From contig CAZXPC010000002.1 in NCBI GenBank assembly GCA_964643135.1, positions 9,049 through 73,048 on the forward strand: DNA of 64,000 nt. The letters run 5' to 3'. The notes under the pieces are model-generated. The model made no database searches, was not told the origin of the DNA, and worked only from the letters and a program-made list of their open reading frames with translations. Both the position numbers and the translations under genes were made by a program. Positions 35,456-45,167 of the stretch are shown here, one piece after another; the first letter of the stretch is position 1, and the number at the start of each line of letters is the position of its first letter. The stretch is from an uncultured Candidatus Saccharibacteria bacterium (GTDB lineage Bacteria; Patescibacteriota; Minisyncoccia; UBA6257; Colwellbacteraceae).

Positions 35456-38400
35456 CTACAAGCCTGCGAGTTTACGCATTATGTGGCGGGTTTTGATGCC
35501 CACATAGCCCGAAACCGGGCGGATGCCATATTTTTTCTGGAAGGCTTTGACCGCGGTTTTGGTTTCTGGGCCGAAATAGCCGTTCACAGAAGCCGCAGCC
35601 AAGCTGCCCTCGTAGGCCAGGTACGTTTGGAGGGCTCTCACTGTTTCGTTCTGCATGCCCAATTTTAGGTTGGTGGAAAAGAGAGCGTAATCCTCGGGGA
35701 CTTCGAGCCGCTTTTCTGAAGCGGCTATGGCATTCAGCTTGTTTTGCGTCGCCTGGTCAGTGATGCCGGTTTGCGCCAATCCGTGCTTGGCTTGGAAGCG
35801 CTTCAATGCGGCTTGCGTGAACCGGCCGAAGTAGCCGGTCACATATTTTTCCGGATAGGCATCATTGTCGGCTGAAAGCAGCTCTTGCAGGTGTTCGATC
35901 TCGACATCTTTATCGCCTTTTTTAAAAATGCGCGTGAAATGAGCGACTGCCAACTTCTGCATTATCGAACCGGCCTCTTCGAATATTGATTGCTTGTTTC
36001 CGGCATTTGGAGCAAGCGAAACCCGGATCGGCGAGGAGTATGTTTTGCTGTGGTTATAGGCATAGAAGGAGTAATAGTAAGTTCGGCCGTTCACAGCATT
36101 GGTATCGGTAAAGGTCTCGGCCCGGCCCTCATATAGAGTTGTGCCGTCGCTCGGTGAAGACGGATAGCCGCCGTCTTTGCGCACTATCACGGTCCGCACG
36201 AAATTAGCTTCGCCGGGGTTTTTCCAAGTAAAGATGATCTCATTGTCCGCGGGCGTAGCTTTAATGAGCGTCGGTTCCGCGCTATAGGCTGCGTTGCCGC
36301 CGGACGCTGCCCCGTATTCGCCATATGCAGTAGCTCCGGTACCGGCATCAGCAGGTACGCCGCCGACCGAAGATCCGCCTGATGGCGAGCCGATATTCGC
36401 ATTCACATTTTCATCTACGCTTGTGTCCGCAGTTGTCGCGATCTGGACAAGATTGGATGGGCCGCTATAACTGCTATTCTCGTATTTGGACTTAAGAGCG
36501 AAATAATATGTAGTGTTAGGGGACAAGCCGGCGACGATATAAGCTCTTTCCGCGCCTTCCGGGCTTAGATCTACGCGGAAGACCGGGGTGGTTTGAGCTC
36601 TAAGAGCGGCATCAAAATTGTCATTGGTTATCGGGAACGAGCTGTAGCGGATGTCATATTCTTGGCTCGCATCGGCAAATTCACTGCCGACATGCCAGAT
36701 TAGTTCGACGGAAGATTCGTCATATCCGCCGATCGCGAGCGTTGTCATCGCCGCCGGGGCAGACACGGGAATTTGGTTGCTGCTATCGCCCGCGGCAGAG
36801 GTCACGAAGGTATAGTCTTCAGAGAAGGTAACGTTCCCGTCTTCATCGGCAGATCTGGCTCTGAAGTGATAGGTCGTGCCGGGAGTTAGATCTGTTAGGG
36901 CGAGCGAATGAGAAGTTTGCATAGATAAATTCAGACCGCTCGATTGGCCGTAGGCAGTGCTAATTCCGTACTCAACTTCTGAAGTGGCAGATCTGTCTGT
37001 TGTCCAGCTGACGGTTGCGCCCGAAGCCGTGACTTGGGAAAAAGATACTGAACTAATGTTCGCGGGGGCTGCGACCGGCGACGATATGCTCAAGGTATCG
37101 AATTCGTAATTTGCGGATACGGTTGCTGTTAGTGCCCCCATCGGTTTTGAACGCACGCGGAAAATATAATTGGTGCCGGCCGAAAGACCGGTCAAAGTTG
37201 CCGAGTGGGAAGTCGCGAGATTTGAGTTGAGCTCTGTGAATGAGCCGAAATTTTCATTCTCGCCATATTCAACCTGCGAATCGGACGGCAGATCTGTCAG
37301 CCAGGAAATGGTGGCAGTTGAAGCCGTGATCGGCGTTGTCTCAATGCTTGTTATGATCGCGCCCGATGTGATGGCCTGGATCTCCTCCTGCAGCTCTTCG
37401 GCGTTTAGAGCAGAGGTCGTGAAAGTCGCGTCAGAACCGAGGGACATATTTCCCGCGTCATCAGCGGAGCGGACGCGGTAGTGATAGGTCGTGCCGGGCA
37501 GGAGGCCATTGATCACGACCGAATGAGTTAATTCAAGGAGGGGCTCAAGCGTAGTTTCAGAGCCGTAGTTAAGCGTCAGGCCGTATTCCACTTTAGCGTT
37601 TGCCGGTTTATTGGTGGTCCAGGCGACTGTAGCGGTAGTTGCCGTAACCGTAGAGGCGGCAGTAACTGAGATCATCGGCGGCGTCGTGTCCGGCGGGGCG
37701 GAAGCTGAGATAGTTGTAAATGATCGGCTGCAAGAATTGGCAGTGTTGCCGGCGAGGTCGGTTGCGTGGATGCAGTAATAATAAGTTGCGCCGCTCTGGA
37801 GGCCCGTCAAAGTTGCGGCGTGGATCAGTAAGAGCGAGGAGGAGAGCGCAGCGTGCGAGCCGTAGCCGGTCGTCAGGCCATATTCCAATGTTGAGAGCGC
37901 GGGTTCGTTGGTTGTCCACACGATCGTGGCATCGGTTAGCCCTATTGAAGCAGTCCCGGCTTCCGATATCTGCGGCGCAGTCGTGTCAGAGATCTCCAGA
38001 GAGACGTTGCCCGAAACTGCGGCTTCGGTCGTGAAAGTTTCATCCGAGCCGATCGTTTCGTTGCCGATCTCGTCGCCCGTCCGGATCCGGTAGTGATAAA
38101 GAGTGTTGGGCGTTAAATTAGAAAGAGTGACCGTGTGCGTTAAAGATAGGGTCGCATCAAAAGGCGTTTGGCTGCCGTAACCGGCGGTCAGGCCGAATTC
38201 GATCTGCGAATTAGCGACTTCGGTCGTCGTCCAGTTGATCGTGGCGGATGAGGTTGTGATCGGCAGAACCGAGATCAATGTAATATCGGGCGGGGTAGTG
38301 TCGGTTAGGATCGGCACAGACGCGGTGGCAAATGAGTGGCTGCACGAGTTGGCTGTGTTGCCCGCGAGGTCAGTTGCGTGGATGCAGTAATAGTAGGTGG

Positions 38401-38809
38401 TACCCGCTGAAAGCCCGGTTAAGATGGCCGTGTGCGCCAAAAGAGCGCTTATGGCGAGCGTGGGCTGGATGCCGTAGTTTGTCGTGGTGCCGTACTCGAT
38501 CCGTGAAACCGCTAGTTCGTCGGTTGCCCAAACGAGCGTCGCCTCGTTTAGGCCGAGGGATAAACTGGCAACGCCTGAGATGACCGGCGCGCTTGTGTCC
38601 GCCGGCAGAGTGATTGGAGGGATCACAGCCGGCGGGAGAGGTGCAGGCGGAACAGGAACAGGATCAGGTGCTGGAACCGGCGCGGGCGGAGCTACAGGAG
38701 CAGGCGGTGGAACAATGTTGCCGAGCTGCGCCAAGGCCGGCGCCATTTTTAAGGCGACGATAGTTACGATTAATAATAAGGAAACAAAAACCCTATTTTT
38801 TATTGTCAT
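35456..38809 (-). CDS. large secreted protein: Pro-rich linker, multiple FN3-like domains, two C-terminal peptidoglycan-binding (PG_binding_1) domains
   Basis: 1117 aa; repeated ...WTTNEPA.S..EYG.T..YG....LTGL.PGTTYYYR... units; C-terminal LQELL...GYFG..T..ALK.FQ..HGL..TG repeats. Confidence 0.75.
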   Translation of the reverse strand: MTIKNRVFVSLLLIVTIVALKMAPALAQLGNIVPPPAPVAPPAPVPAPDPVPVPPAPLPPAVIPPITLPADTSAPVISGVASLSLGLNEATLVWATDELAVSRIEYGTTTNYGIQPTLAISALLAHTAILTGLSAGTTYYYCIHATDLAGNTANSCSHSFATASVPILTDTTPPDITLISVLPITTSSATINWTTTEVANSQIEFGLTAGYGSQTPFDATLSLTHTVTLSNLTPNTLYHYRIRTGDEIGNETIGSDETFTTEAAVSGNVSLEISDTTAPQISEAGTASIGLTDATIVWTTNEPALSTLEYGLTTGYGSHAALSSSLLLIHAATLTGLQSGATYYYCIHATDLAGNTANSCSRSFTTISASAPPDTTPPMISVTAASTVTATTATVAWTTNKPANAKVEYGLTLNYGSETTLEPLLELTHSVVINGLLPGTTYHYRVRSADDAGNMSLGSDATFTTSALNAEELQEEIQAITSGAIITSIETTPITASTATISWLTDLPSDSQVEYGENENFGSFTELNSNLATSHSATLTGLSAGTNYIFRVRSKPMGALTATVSANYEFDTLSISSPVAAPANISSVSFSQVTASGATVSWTTDRSATSEVEYGISTAYGQSSGLNLSMQTSHSLALTDLTPGTTYHFRARSADEDGNVTFSEDYTFVTSAAGDSSNQIPVSAPAAMTTLAIGGYDESSVELIWHVGSEFADASQEYDIRYSSFPITNDNFDAALRAQTTPVFRVDLSPEGAERAYIVAGLSPNTTYYFALKSKYENSSYSGPSNLVQIATTADTSVDENVNANIGSPSGGSSVGGVPADAGTGATAYGEYGAASGGNAAYSAEPTLIKATPADNEIIFTWKNPGEANFVRTVIVRKDGGYPSSPSDGTTLYEGRAETFTDTNAVNGRTYYYSFYAYNHSKTYSSPIRVSLAPNAGNKQSIFEEAGSIMQKLAVAHFTRIFKKGDKDVEIEHLQELLSADNDAYPEKYVTGYFGRFTQAALKRFQAKHGLAQTGITDQATQNKLNAIAASEKRLEVPEDYALFSTNLKLGMQNETVRALQTYLAYEGSLAAASVNGYFGPETKTAVKAFQKKYGIRPVSGYVGIKTRHIMRKLAGL

Positions 38810-38864
38810 ACCCTAAATATCCGCCTTCAGGTATGAATTTTTAATAAAGTTATTATAAAAACCG

Positions 38865-39551
38865 TTAAGCAGGAATGTACTGGTAGTCGGCGACCTTAGG
38901 CAGGCGGATGGTGCGCAAGACTTTGCCGAAAATTTTGTAAGTTGAGTTGCCGTCGATAATGATAGGTCTAAAAGATTTATCCTTAGAAACTGGGTTTAAG
39001 ACAATGATGTCATCAGCCCGCACATATTTTTTGATGACCGCGTTGTCGTTGATCAGGGCCACTACAATGTCGCCGATCTCGATACTCTGATCAGGGATGC
39101 GCTCCACCAAAACTAAGTCGCCGTCATAGATATCCGCGCCCTGCATACTGTTGCCGACCGCTTTGATGACGAAAAGATTTTCTTTTTTGTGGCCTTTCAC
39201 CAAGTTGGTCGAGATGTCGACAAACTCGTCAAAGATTCGCTCGGCTAAGACCGACAAGTTGCCGCAACCGGCTGAAGCAAAAACCGGAATGCTGATTGTA
39301 AAAGATTCTTTTTTATTGGGGTTGATCAGCTGAATGCTCCGGCTCTTGTAGCGTTCGCGAGTGATGAGACCTTTCTTAGAGAGAACGTTGAGGTACTGAA
39401 TGACCGAGCGCGAGGAGGGCTTTTTCATCGCCTCGGCGATTTCGGCGATGGTAGGGGACTCGCCATGATTCAAAATATATTTCGAAATAAAATCAAAAAC
39501 CTTTTGCTGCTGCTTCGTCAGATCTATTTTGATGTGATTAATTTTCTTCAT
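38865..39551 (-). CDS. lexA: LexA repressor (S24 peptidase)
   Basis: N-terminal wHTH, AG cleavage site (ASAGCG), GNSM catalytic Ser, downstream Lys. Confidence 0.85.
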   Translation of the reverse strand: MKKINHIKIDLTKQQQKVFDFISKYILNHGESPTIAEIAEAMKKPSSRSVIQYLNVLSKKGLITRERYKSRSIQLINPNKKESFTISIPVFASAGCGNLSVLAERIFDEFVDISTNLVKGHKKENLFVIKAVGNSMQGADIYDGDLVLVERIPDQSIEIGDIVVALINDNAVIKKYVRADDIIVLNPVSKDKSFRPIIIDGNSTYKIFGKVLRTIRLPKVADYQYIPA

Positions 39552-39555
39552 GTTT

Positions 39556-39623
39556 TTGTGTATATCTACATACTACCATATGTGTATATACACATCAATC
39601 CACAAGAGTGTATACCCTGTGGA
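39556..39623. promoter_or_regulatory. candidate LexA operators between lexA and dam
   Basis: Perfect 16-bp palindrome ATGTGTATATACACAT (39580-39595); related TGTGTATATCTACATA 5 bp from the lexA ATG; CCACAagagTGTATACcctGTGG at 39601-39623. Confidence 0.45.
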
Positions 39624-39677
39624 TAAGATATGTTATTATTTTGTAGGTTTCTAAAGTATTGGGATAATGATATATTT

Positions 39678-40592
39678 ATGACGATGTTGATTAATCAATT
39701 AAAAACCGTCAAGAGCGGTCTTTTGGTTCCTACTGGGGATCGTAAGAACCCTAGGCCTTTTTTGAAATGGGTTGGTGGCAAATCACAGATAATCGAAAAA
39801 ATAAAAGAGAATCTTCCTCGAGAATATAATCGTTATTTCGAGCCGTTCCTGGGTGGAGGTGCCGTTTTCTTCAAAGCAATTCCCTGGGATAAGCAGGCTG
39901 TCTTGAGCGATATAAATGGCAACCTTGTCGGAGCGTTTAGTGATATAAAAGCAAATTTCGACGAAGTCATTTTTGAGATAAACAACTTGATAAATGGGTA
40001 TAAGAACCTTAGTCCTAAAGGCATGGAGCGATTCTACTACGACAGAAGGGATGAATATAACTCGATAAGAACTCCGAGCGCCTCTATAAAGAGGACTGCC
40101 TTGTTAATTTTTCTTAATAAGACTTGCTATAACGGCGTTTATAGAGAAAACTCTAAGGGAGAATTTAATGTGCCGATCGGGTATAAGACTTTAAGAAATA
40201 TCTTTAACAACGAGAATCTTGAATTGGTTGCTAAGAAACTTAAGTCAGCCAAGATTGTAAACATGAGCTACAAAGATATTCTTGATCAAGCCCAAAGAGG
40301 AGATCTTATTTATCTTGACCCCCCCTATAACCCGCTAACCAAGACTGCCAATTTCACAAAATATAACAGTGCCGATTTTGGGCCCAAGGATCAGATAGAG
40401 CTCAGAGATCTCTTCATGGATTTAGATAATCGAGGATGTTATCTCATCATGAGCAATTCTGATACTGAGTTGACGCGCAGTCTTTACTCTAATTATGCTA
40501 GCAAAATAGTACGGGTTGAAGCTGCGCGTACAGTTAATTGTCACGGATCTTCTCGTAAACCAGTCGGAGAAGTATTGATAAAAAACTTTTAA
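39678..40592 (+). CDS. dam: Dam-family (D12 class) DNA N6-adenine methyltransferase
   Basis: KWVGGKSQ, FEPFLGGGAVFF (motif I), DPPY (motif IV). GATAAT -10 element 7 nt upstream of the ATG at 39678. Confidence 0.85.
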   Translation: MTMLINQLKTVKSGLLVPTGDRKNPRPFLKWVGGKSQIIEKIKENLPREYNRYFEPFLGGGAVFFKAIPWDKQAVLSDINGNLVGAFSDIKANFDEVIFEINNLINGYKNLSPKGMERFYYDRRDEYNSIRTPSASIKRTALLIFLNKTCYNGVYRENSKGEFNVPIGYKTLRNIFNNENLELVAKKLKSAKIVNMSYKDILDQAQRGDLIYLDPPYNPLTKTANFTKYNSADFGPKDQIELRDLFMDLDNRGCYLIMSNSDTELTRSLYSNYASKIVRVEAARTVNCHGSSRKPVGEVLIKNF

Positions 40593-42562
40593 TGGCTAAG
40601 AAGTCTAAAAAGACCACAAGAGAAATAGGTAATGAGTTGCATGATAGAATGCGGATTCTATTTAGTAAAATGGATTTTAGAATTCTAGACAGTGATTATA
40701 ATGCAGAAGGTCCTGATATAGTTATACAAGACGACAGTCTGAAAGTAAAAATACTTATTCAGTGTAAAAAACACGAAGGAGAGGAGAAAACATATTCTGC
40801 AATTTCACGTTTAACCGACGAATATGCTCATAAAGTTTCTAGGATGAAGGCTTCGGCGGCCATCCTAACTCTTTCTGGGTATAAGCCAAGCCGTAGAGTA
40901 AATATTAGTGAAGAAATAAGGACCAAGAAGGTCTCTATATGGACAGACTCCTTGATTGATTATTATGAGGACTTAACGAAGAAGATCGGATTATATGCGA
41001 AATATCAAATGCTTTCTGACCTTGGACTTAAGGTGAGATTCGACAAGGATAAAGAATTTGATGCGATTAAAGTCTCGCAAAATGGCATCGAATTTTATGC
41101 ATTCAAAGCTAGCCCAGAATGGCTGCTAAGATCAGCTGCGGTTGTGCGAAGGATTAATTTAGGAGGAAGGCTAACAGGTTATCAAAGGTTGCTATCTCGA
41201 GATCGCGTAAAAAATAAGATTCCTAAGTTTCTTGATGAAGGCGAGTGGGTATTTCCTAACACGATAATCTTTGCATCAGAGTTGGGATTGGATATTAGGT
41301 ATAAGGATGGGAAGATGATTTTTCCAAGTAAACTAGGCTCAGTTTGGGTTATCGATGGACAACACCGACTCTATTCCTTTGCTAATATTCAGAATTCAGT
41401 TGTTAGGGAGAGCAGCGAACTTCTATGCACTGTTATAGACAGTTCGGCTTTGGGTCAAGACGCAGAAGCTAAGCAGGCATCAATTTTTGTCACTCTAAAC
41501 CAACAAGCCAAAAAAGTAGATAAATCGTTAATATTCGAACTATATAGACTCTTGGGTTTAACTGATCCTGGTGTCGAGATAGCTATTAGACTTTCTGAGT
41601 CGAAATTGTTTAAAGGATTAGTCTCTGGCTATTCAGATAAGGGAGGGTTGATAACGATAACGACGCTCGTCGCTTCGATAAAAAGTTTGATATCTGCTAG
41701 CAATCCGTTGTTAAGGGTTAGGCTAAATGATAGAAACGTTGCTGATATTTTGTTTAACAAATTGTATATTTTTTTCCAGAAAGTTAACAAGGTATTTAGG
41801 AAAGAATGGGGATCTGAAAAGTATATTTTATCAGAAAATAGAGGCGTCGGAGCTTTAATTGAACTATATAATAAGGCGCTCATCTTTTGCAAAAATAACA
41901 ATAAAGATTTGGATAATTATTCTATCAAGCTCCTTGAGTCCCTGAAAAAATCAGGGTTTAATCTCAGTTCGGAAAATCTTAAAGGTCAATACCTCGGTGA
42001 AGGAGGCCCTAGGAAGTTGGCTATGGAGTGGGCTTCTTTAATTACGAAAACAATACCTGGTTTCGAGCCTGGAGTTGAAGAAAGAACAATTGATAAGTTC
42101 TCTTCAAAACACGGGGATCTTCAGGGTGCTGAAAATAAGTTAAAAGACTGGCTCCCAAATCTTAAAGGAGAGATTAGAGGAAAATTGATGCATATTGATC
42201 CAACAACAATTGAATACTTAAGATGCATCCCAAAAGAAACTAATATGAGAATATTCTTTGGAGATGCTGATGAAGAAGCCTTAGTTAGGGAACGTCTTAG
42301 AAAAATGAGGGCCGATGGCTATAAAATAATCCTTACTAAGGCACAGAAGCCTACTAAGGGAAGTCTTTTTCATGAGAGATGGATTGCGTCAGAAGCTTTA
42401 AGGATTCAGCTAAATTGTGATCTAAAGAAACAAGCAATTAAAAACGCAACATATTTCATGTATTTATCAGAATGGAATAAGGCTCCAGAAATTGTTGAGT
42501 TTGATCAGGATTGGCAACAGGCGCAGAGAGAATTTCAATTTGAATATAATTGGGGAGCTTAG
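40592..42562 (+). CDS. fusion protein: N-terminal Mrr-like PD-(D/E)xK nuclease domain + DGQHR (DndB/ParB-like) domain + uncharacterised C-terminal region
   Basis: ATG overlaps the dam stop (TAATG). GPDIVIQDD...KILIQCKK (nuclease motifs II/III), VWVIDGQHRLYSF and FVTLNQQ (DGQHR signature). Confidence 0.65.
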   Translation: MAKKSKKTTREIGNELHDRMRILFSKMDFRILDSDYNAEGPDIVIQDDSLKVKILIQCKKHEGEEKTYSAISRLTDEYAHKVSRMKASAAILTLSGYKPSRRVNISEEIRTKKVSIWTDSLIDYYEDLTKKIGLYAKYQMLSDLGLKVRFDKDKEFDAIKVSQNGIEFYAFKASPEWLLRSAAVVRRINLGGRLTGYQRLLSRDRVKNKIPKFLDEGEWVFPNTIIFASELGLDIRYKDGKMIFPSKLGSVWVIDGQHRLYSFANIQNSVVRESSELLCTVIDSSALGQDAEAKQASIFVTLNQQAKKVDKSLIFELYRLLGLTDPGVEIAIRLSESKLFKGLVSGYSDKGGLITITTLVASIKSLISASNPLLRVRLNDRNVADILFNKLYIFFQKVNKVFRKEWGSEKYILSENRGVGALIELYNKALIFCKNNNKDLDNYSIKLLESLKKSGFNLSSENLKGQYLGEGGPRKLAMEWASLITKTIPGFEPGVEERTIDKFSSKHGDLQGAENKLKDWLPNLKGEIRGKLMHIDPTTIEYLRCIPKETNMRIFFGDADEEALVRERLRKMRADGYKIILTKAQKPTKGSLFHERWIASEALRIQLNCDLKKQAIKNATYFMYLSEWNKAPEIVEFDQDWQQAQREFQFEYNWGA

Positions 42563-42613
42563 GGTAAGATCGCAGCTATATTCTTTAAAATTTGCATAGA
42601 TCTAATATAAGAT

Positions 42614-43789
42614 TTAATGATTCAAATTGGCGCGGGTTCTTTCGTCGACGATGCCGGTTGTGGGCAGGCCGTTGGCCGACTGCAGATCCATAACGGCCAA
42701 TCTCGTGATGGGGCCGTAGTAGCCGGTAATAACTGAATAGCGATAATAGCCCCAGAGCTTAAGCCTGATCTGAAGCTGGCGGACGTCTTCGCCGGTTGAG
42801 CCGAGCGATAATGTTCTGACAAAAAGGAACGACTGCGTGCCGTACGCTGGAGGAGGAGCCGGAGGCTGAACGGTAGAACTCTGGCTAGAACCCAGCGTGA
42901 AGCCGTCTTCGTTAAACCGCGTGCGAGTTGCGAGATCAACGACGCCGGTTTGAGGCAGGCCGTAATCTTTTTGGAAATTAATTAGGGCGGCTTTGGTAAT
43001 CGACCCGAAGTAGCCCGTAACGTTAACCGTGAAATAGCCGAGAAATTTCAAAAGATTCTGCAAGTGGTTCACCGCATCGCCGGTCGAGCCGACGGTTAGG
43101 GTGGTAGTAAATATATAAGACTGGTCGATCGTTATACTCAAGTCCGGCACGACGCCGTGACTAACTGTAGGAGATGAGCCGACGCGTATCTGGGCGCTGT
43201 ATGGGCTTTGGGCGGCGGCTAAGACCAGGCTGTCGTAGGGATTTATGACATTGCGGTTCGGGTCGCGCATCTCAAAGTGGAGGTGCGGGATCGTAGCTTC
43301 AGCGTTGCCGCTGTCGCCCACCCAGCCCAAAAGCTGGCCCCTCGTGACTCGCGCGCCGCGGTTGATCCCGGGAGCGTAGGCGTGTTCGACACCGCCCAGG
43401 CCGTCGTCGGTGCCGGGCGTGTCATTATTGATGTGCAGGTAGCTGTAGGTATAGCCGTTATAGTCGCGGACGGCCAGGGCATAGCCCCAAGATGCTTCGG
43501 GAATATTGATGTTAACGACGTAGCCGTCGGAAGCTGAAACGATAGGCGTCATTTTCGCGGCCGGGATATCGATGGCCTGGTGGATGCGCGTGCCGTTATC
43601 GCGAGTGTCGTAGAAGTCGTTTCTGAAACTGCTCGGTCCGCCGACCGGAAAAGTGATATCGCGAGTGATATTTACCCCAGAAGGCGCCGGCGCCGGCTGG
43701 CCCGCTTCGAACTGAGCCTCGGCCGGCCAAGTTTCAACGAGGAGAAACAGGACCGCTACAATGGTTAAGGTTAGCGAATATTTTCTCAT
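42614..43789 (-). CDS. M23-family metallopeptidase with two C-terminal peptidoglycan-binding domains
   Basis: HQAIDI (HxxxD), PHLHFEM (HxH), two LQ..L...GY....TGY.G..T..A...FQ repeats. Confidence 0.85.
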   Translation of the reverse strand: MRKYSLTLTIVAVLFLLVETWPAEAQFEAGQPAPAPSGVNITRDITFPVGGPSSFRNDFYDTRDNGTRIHQAIDIPAAKMTPIVSASDGYVVNINIPEASWGYALAVRDYNGYTYSYLHINNDTPGTDDGLGGVEHAYAPGINRGARVTRGQLLGWVGDSGNAEATIPHLHFEMRDPNRNVINPYDSLVLAAAQSPYSAQIRVGSSPTVSHGVVPDLSITIDQSYIFTTTLTVGSTGDAVNHLQNLLKFLGYFTVNVTGYFGSITKAALINFQKDYGLPQTGVVDLATRTRFNEDGFTLGSSQSSTVQPPAPPPAYGTQSFLFVRTLSLGSTGEDVRQLQIRLKLWGYYRYSVITGYYGPITRLAVMDLQSANGLPTTGIVDERTRANLNH

Positions 43790-43884
43790 AAAATCCTCCC
43801 TATAGGACGGCTAAAAGCGGGAATTGCTACAAATTTTAACATTTATGCTATAATAATCCCATTAATATTAACCAATAAAAACAC

Positions 43885-44133
43885 ATGGCAAATAGCGCAT
43901 TTATGAAGCCGATGAAGCTGAGTGCTGATTTGGAAGCGGTTGTGGGGAAGGGTCCGATGCCTCGCTCTGAGGTAGTGAAGGGTTTGTGGGCATATATCAA
44001 GAAAAACAACCTTCAGGACCAGACCAACAAGCGCAACATCAACGCTGACGACAAGTTGAAGAAGGTTTTTGGCGGCAAGAGCCAGGTCAATATGTTTGAG
44101 ATGACTAAGCTTGTTTCCGCGCATTTGAGCTAA
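43885..44133 (+). CDS. SWIB/MDM2-domain protein
   Basis: 82 aa: PMPRSEVVKGLWAYIKKNNLQD...INADDKLKKVFG...VNMFEMTKLVSAHL. Confidence 0.75.
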   Translation: MANSAFMKPMKLSADLEAVVGKGPMPRSEVVKGLWAYIKKNNLQDQTNKRNINADDKLKKVFGGKSQVNMFEMTKLVSAHLS

Positions 44134-44155
44134 ATTCTAAAGAATTTACATTGGA

Positions 44156-44181
44156 AGCCCCGGTAACCCCGGGGCTTTTTG
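44156..44181 (+). terminator. rho-independent terminator after SWIB gene
   Basis: AGCCCCGG-taacc-CCGGGGCT + TTTTT. Confidence 0.7.
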
Positions 44182-44223
44182 ATTTGCTATAATAGAAGTA
44201 TTACAAACCAATATTATAAACAA

Positions 44224-44646
44224 ATGGATCCGGTAGTTCACTTTGAAATGGGTGCGAATGATCGGGAGCGGATGAAGAAATTTTATTCAACTGTTTTCGG
44301 CTGGAAGATGCAGCAGATGGGCCCTGAGATGGGCAACTATACCGTTGCGCAGACGACCGAGACGGATGCAAAGGGCATGGTCAAAACTCCGGGCAACATC
44401 AACGGCGGGTTTTATGAGAAAACATCCAATCCGCTTTCGCATGCCCCGTCAGTCGTAATCGCGGTTAAAGATATTCGCGCATCAATGAAGGCGATCGAGC
44501 AAGCGGGCGGAAAAATCCTGGGCGCGATGGATGCTTCCGGGAAAAACTCTATGGAGCCCCAAATGATCCCGGGCGTCGGCCTTTGGATATCGATCATGGA
44601 CACCGAAGAAAACAGAGTAAGTATCATGCAGCCGAACCAAATGTAA
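44224..44646 (+). CDS. VOC-family (glyoxalase/bleomycin-resistance fold) protein
   Basis: Start at MDPVVHFEMG; paired beta-alpha-beta-beta-beta modules. Confidence 0.7.
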   Translation: MDPVVHFEMGANDRERMKKFYSTVFGWKMQQMGPEMGNYTVAQTTETDAKGMVKTPGNINGGFYEKTSNPLSHAPSVVIAVKDIRASMKAIEQAGGKILGAMDASGKNSMEPQMIPGVGLWISIMDTEENRVSIMQPNQM

Positions 44647-44654
44647 ATAAAAAT

Positions 44655-45161
44655 ATGGCCAACAAAATAACTACTTGTTTATGGTTTGAGAAGGATACCG
44701 AAGAAGCGGTCAATTTTTATGTGAGTGTTTTTAAGGAGGGCGGACACAAAGTTAAGATCGGCAAAACCACCCGTTATGACAAAGCCAGCGCCGAAGTGTC
44801 GGGCCAGAGAGAAGGCTCGGTTCTGACCATAGCTTTCGAATTGGACGGGCAGGAGTTTTTGGCTTTGAACGGCGGCCCGTTGCCTGGGTTCAAATTCAAC
44901 TCGGCCATATCGTTCATAATCAACTGCAAAAACCAAAAAGAGATCGACCACTTCTGGGCGAAGCTCAACGCCGTGCCGGAAGCCGGGCAGTGCGGCTGGC
45001 TCTCCGACAAGTACGGCGTTGCTTGGCAGGTGGTGCCGGAGGGAATGGATCAACTTGTTTCCGGCCCCGATCCGGTTAAATCCGGACGCGCTATGAAAGA
45101 GATGCTAGGCATGAAAAAGCTCGACATAGCGGCCCTGAAGAAAGCTTACGAAGGGAAATAA
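44655..45161 (+). CDS. PhnB/YjdN-like VOC-family protein (3-demethylubiquinone-9 3-methyltransferase-like domain)
   Basis: Start at MANKITTCLWFEKD...; WFEKD, LNGGP, CGWLSDKYGVAWQV are family motifs. Confidence 0.7.
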   Translation: MANKITTCLWFEKDTEEAVNFYVSVFKEGGHKVKIGKTTRYDKASAEVSGQREGSVLTIAFELDGQEFLALNGGPLPGFKFNSAISFIINCKNQKEIDHFWAKLNAVPEAGQCGWLSDKYGVAWQVVPEGMDQLVSGPDPVKSGRAMKEMLGMKKLDIAALKKAYEGK

Positions 45162-45167
45162 TCAGGA

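Noticed and set aside
36187-38816. Numerous 60-110-aa ORFs on both strands inside 35456-38809
   Set aside because: They are embedded in the 1117-aa FN3/PG-binding protein gene. Their Arg/Pro-rich, low-complexity translations are typical antisense artefacts.
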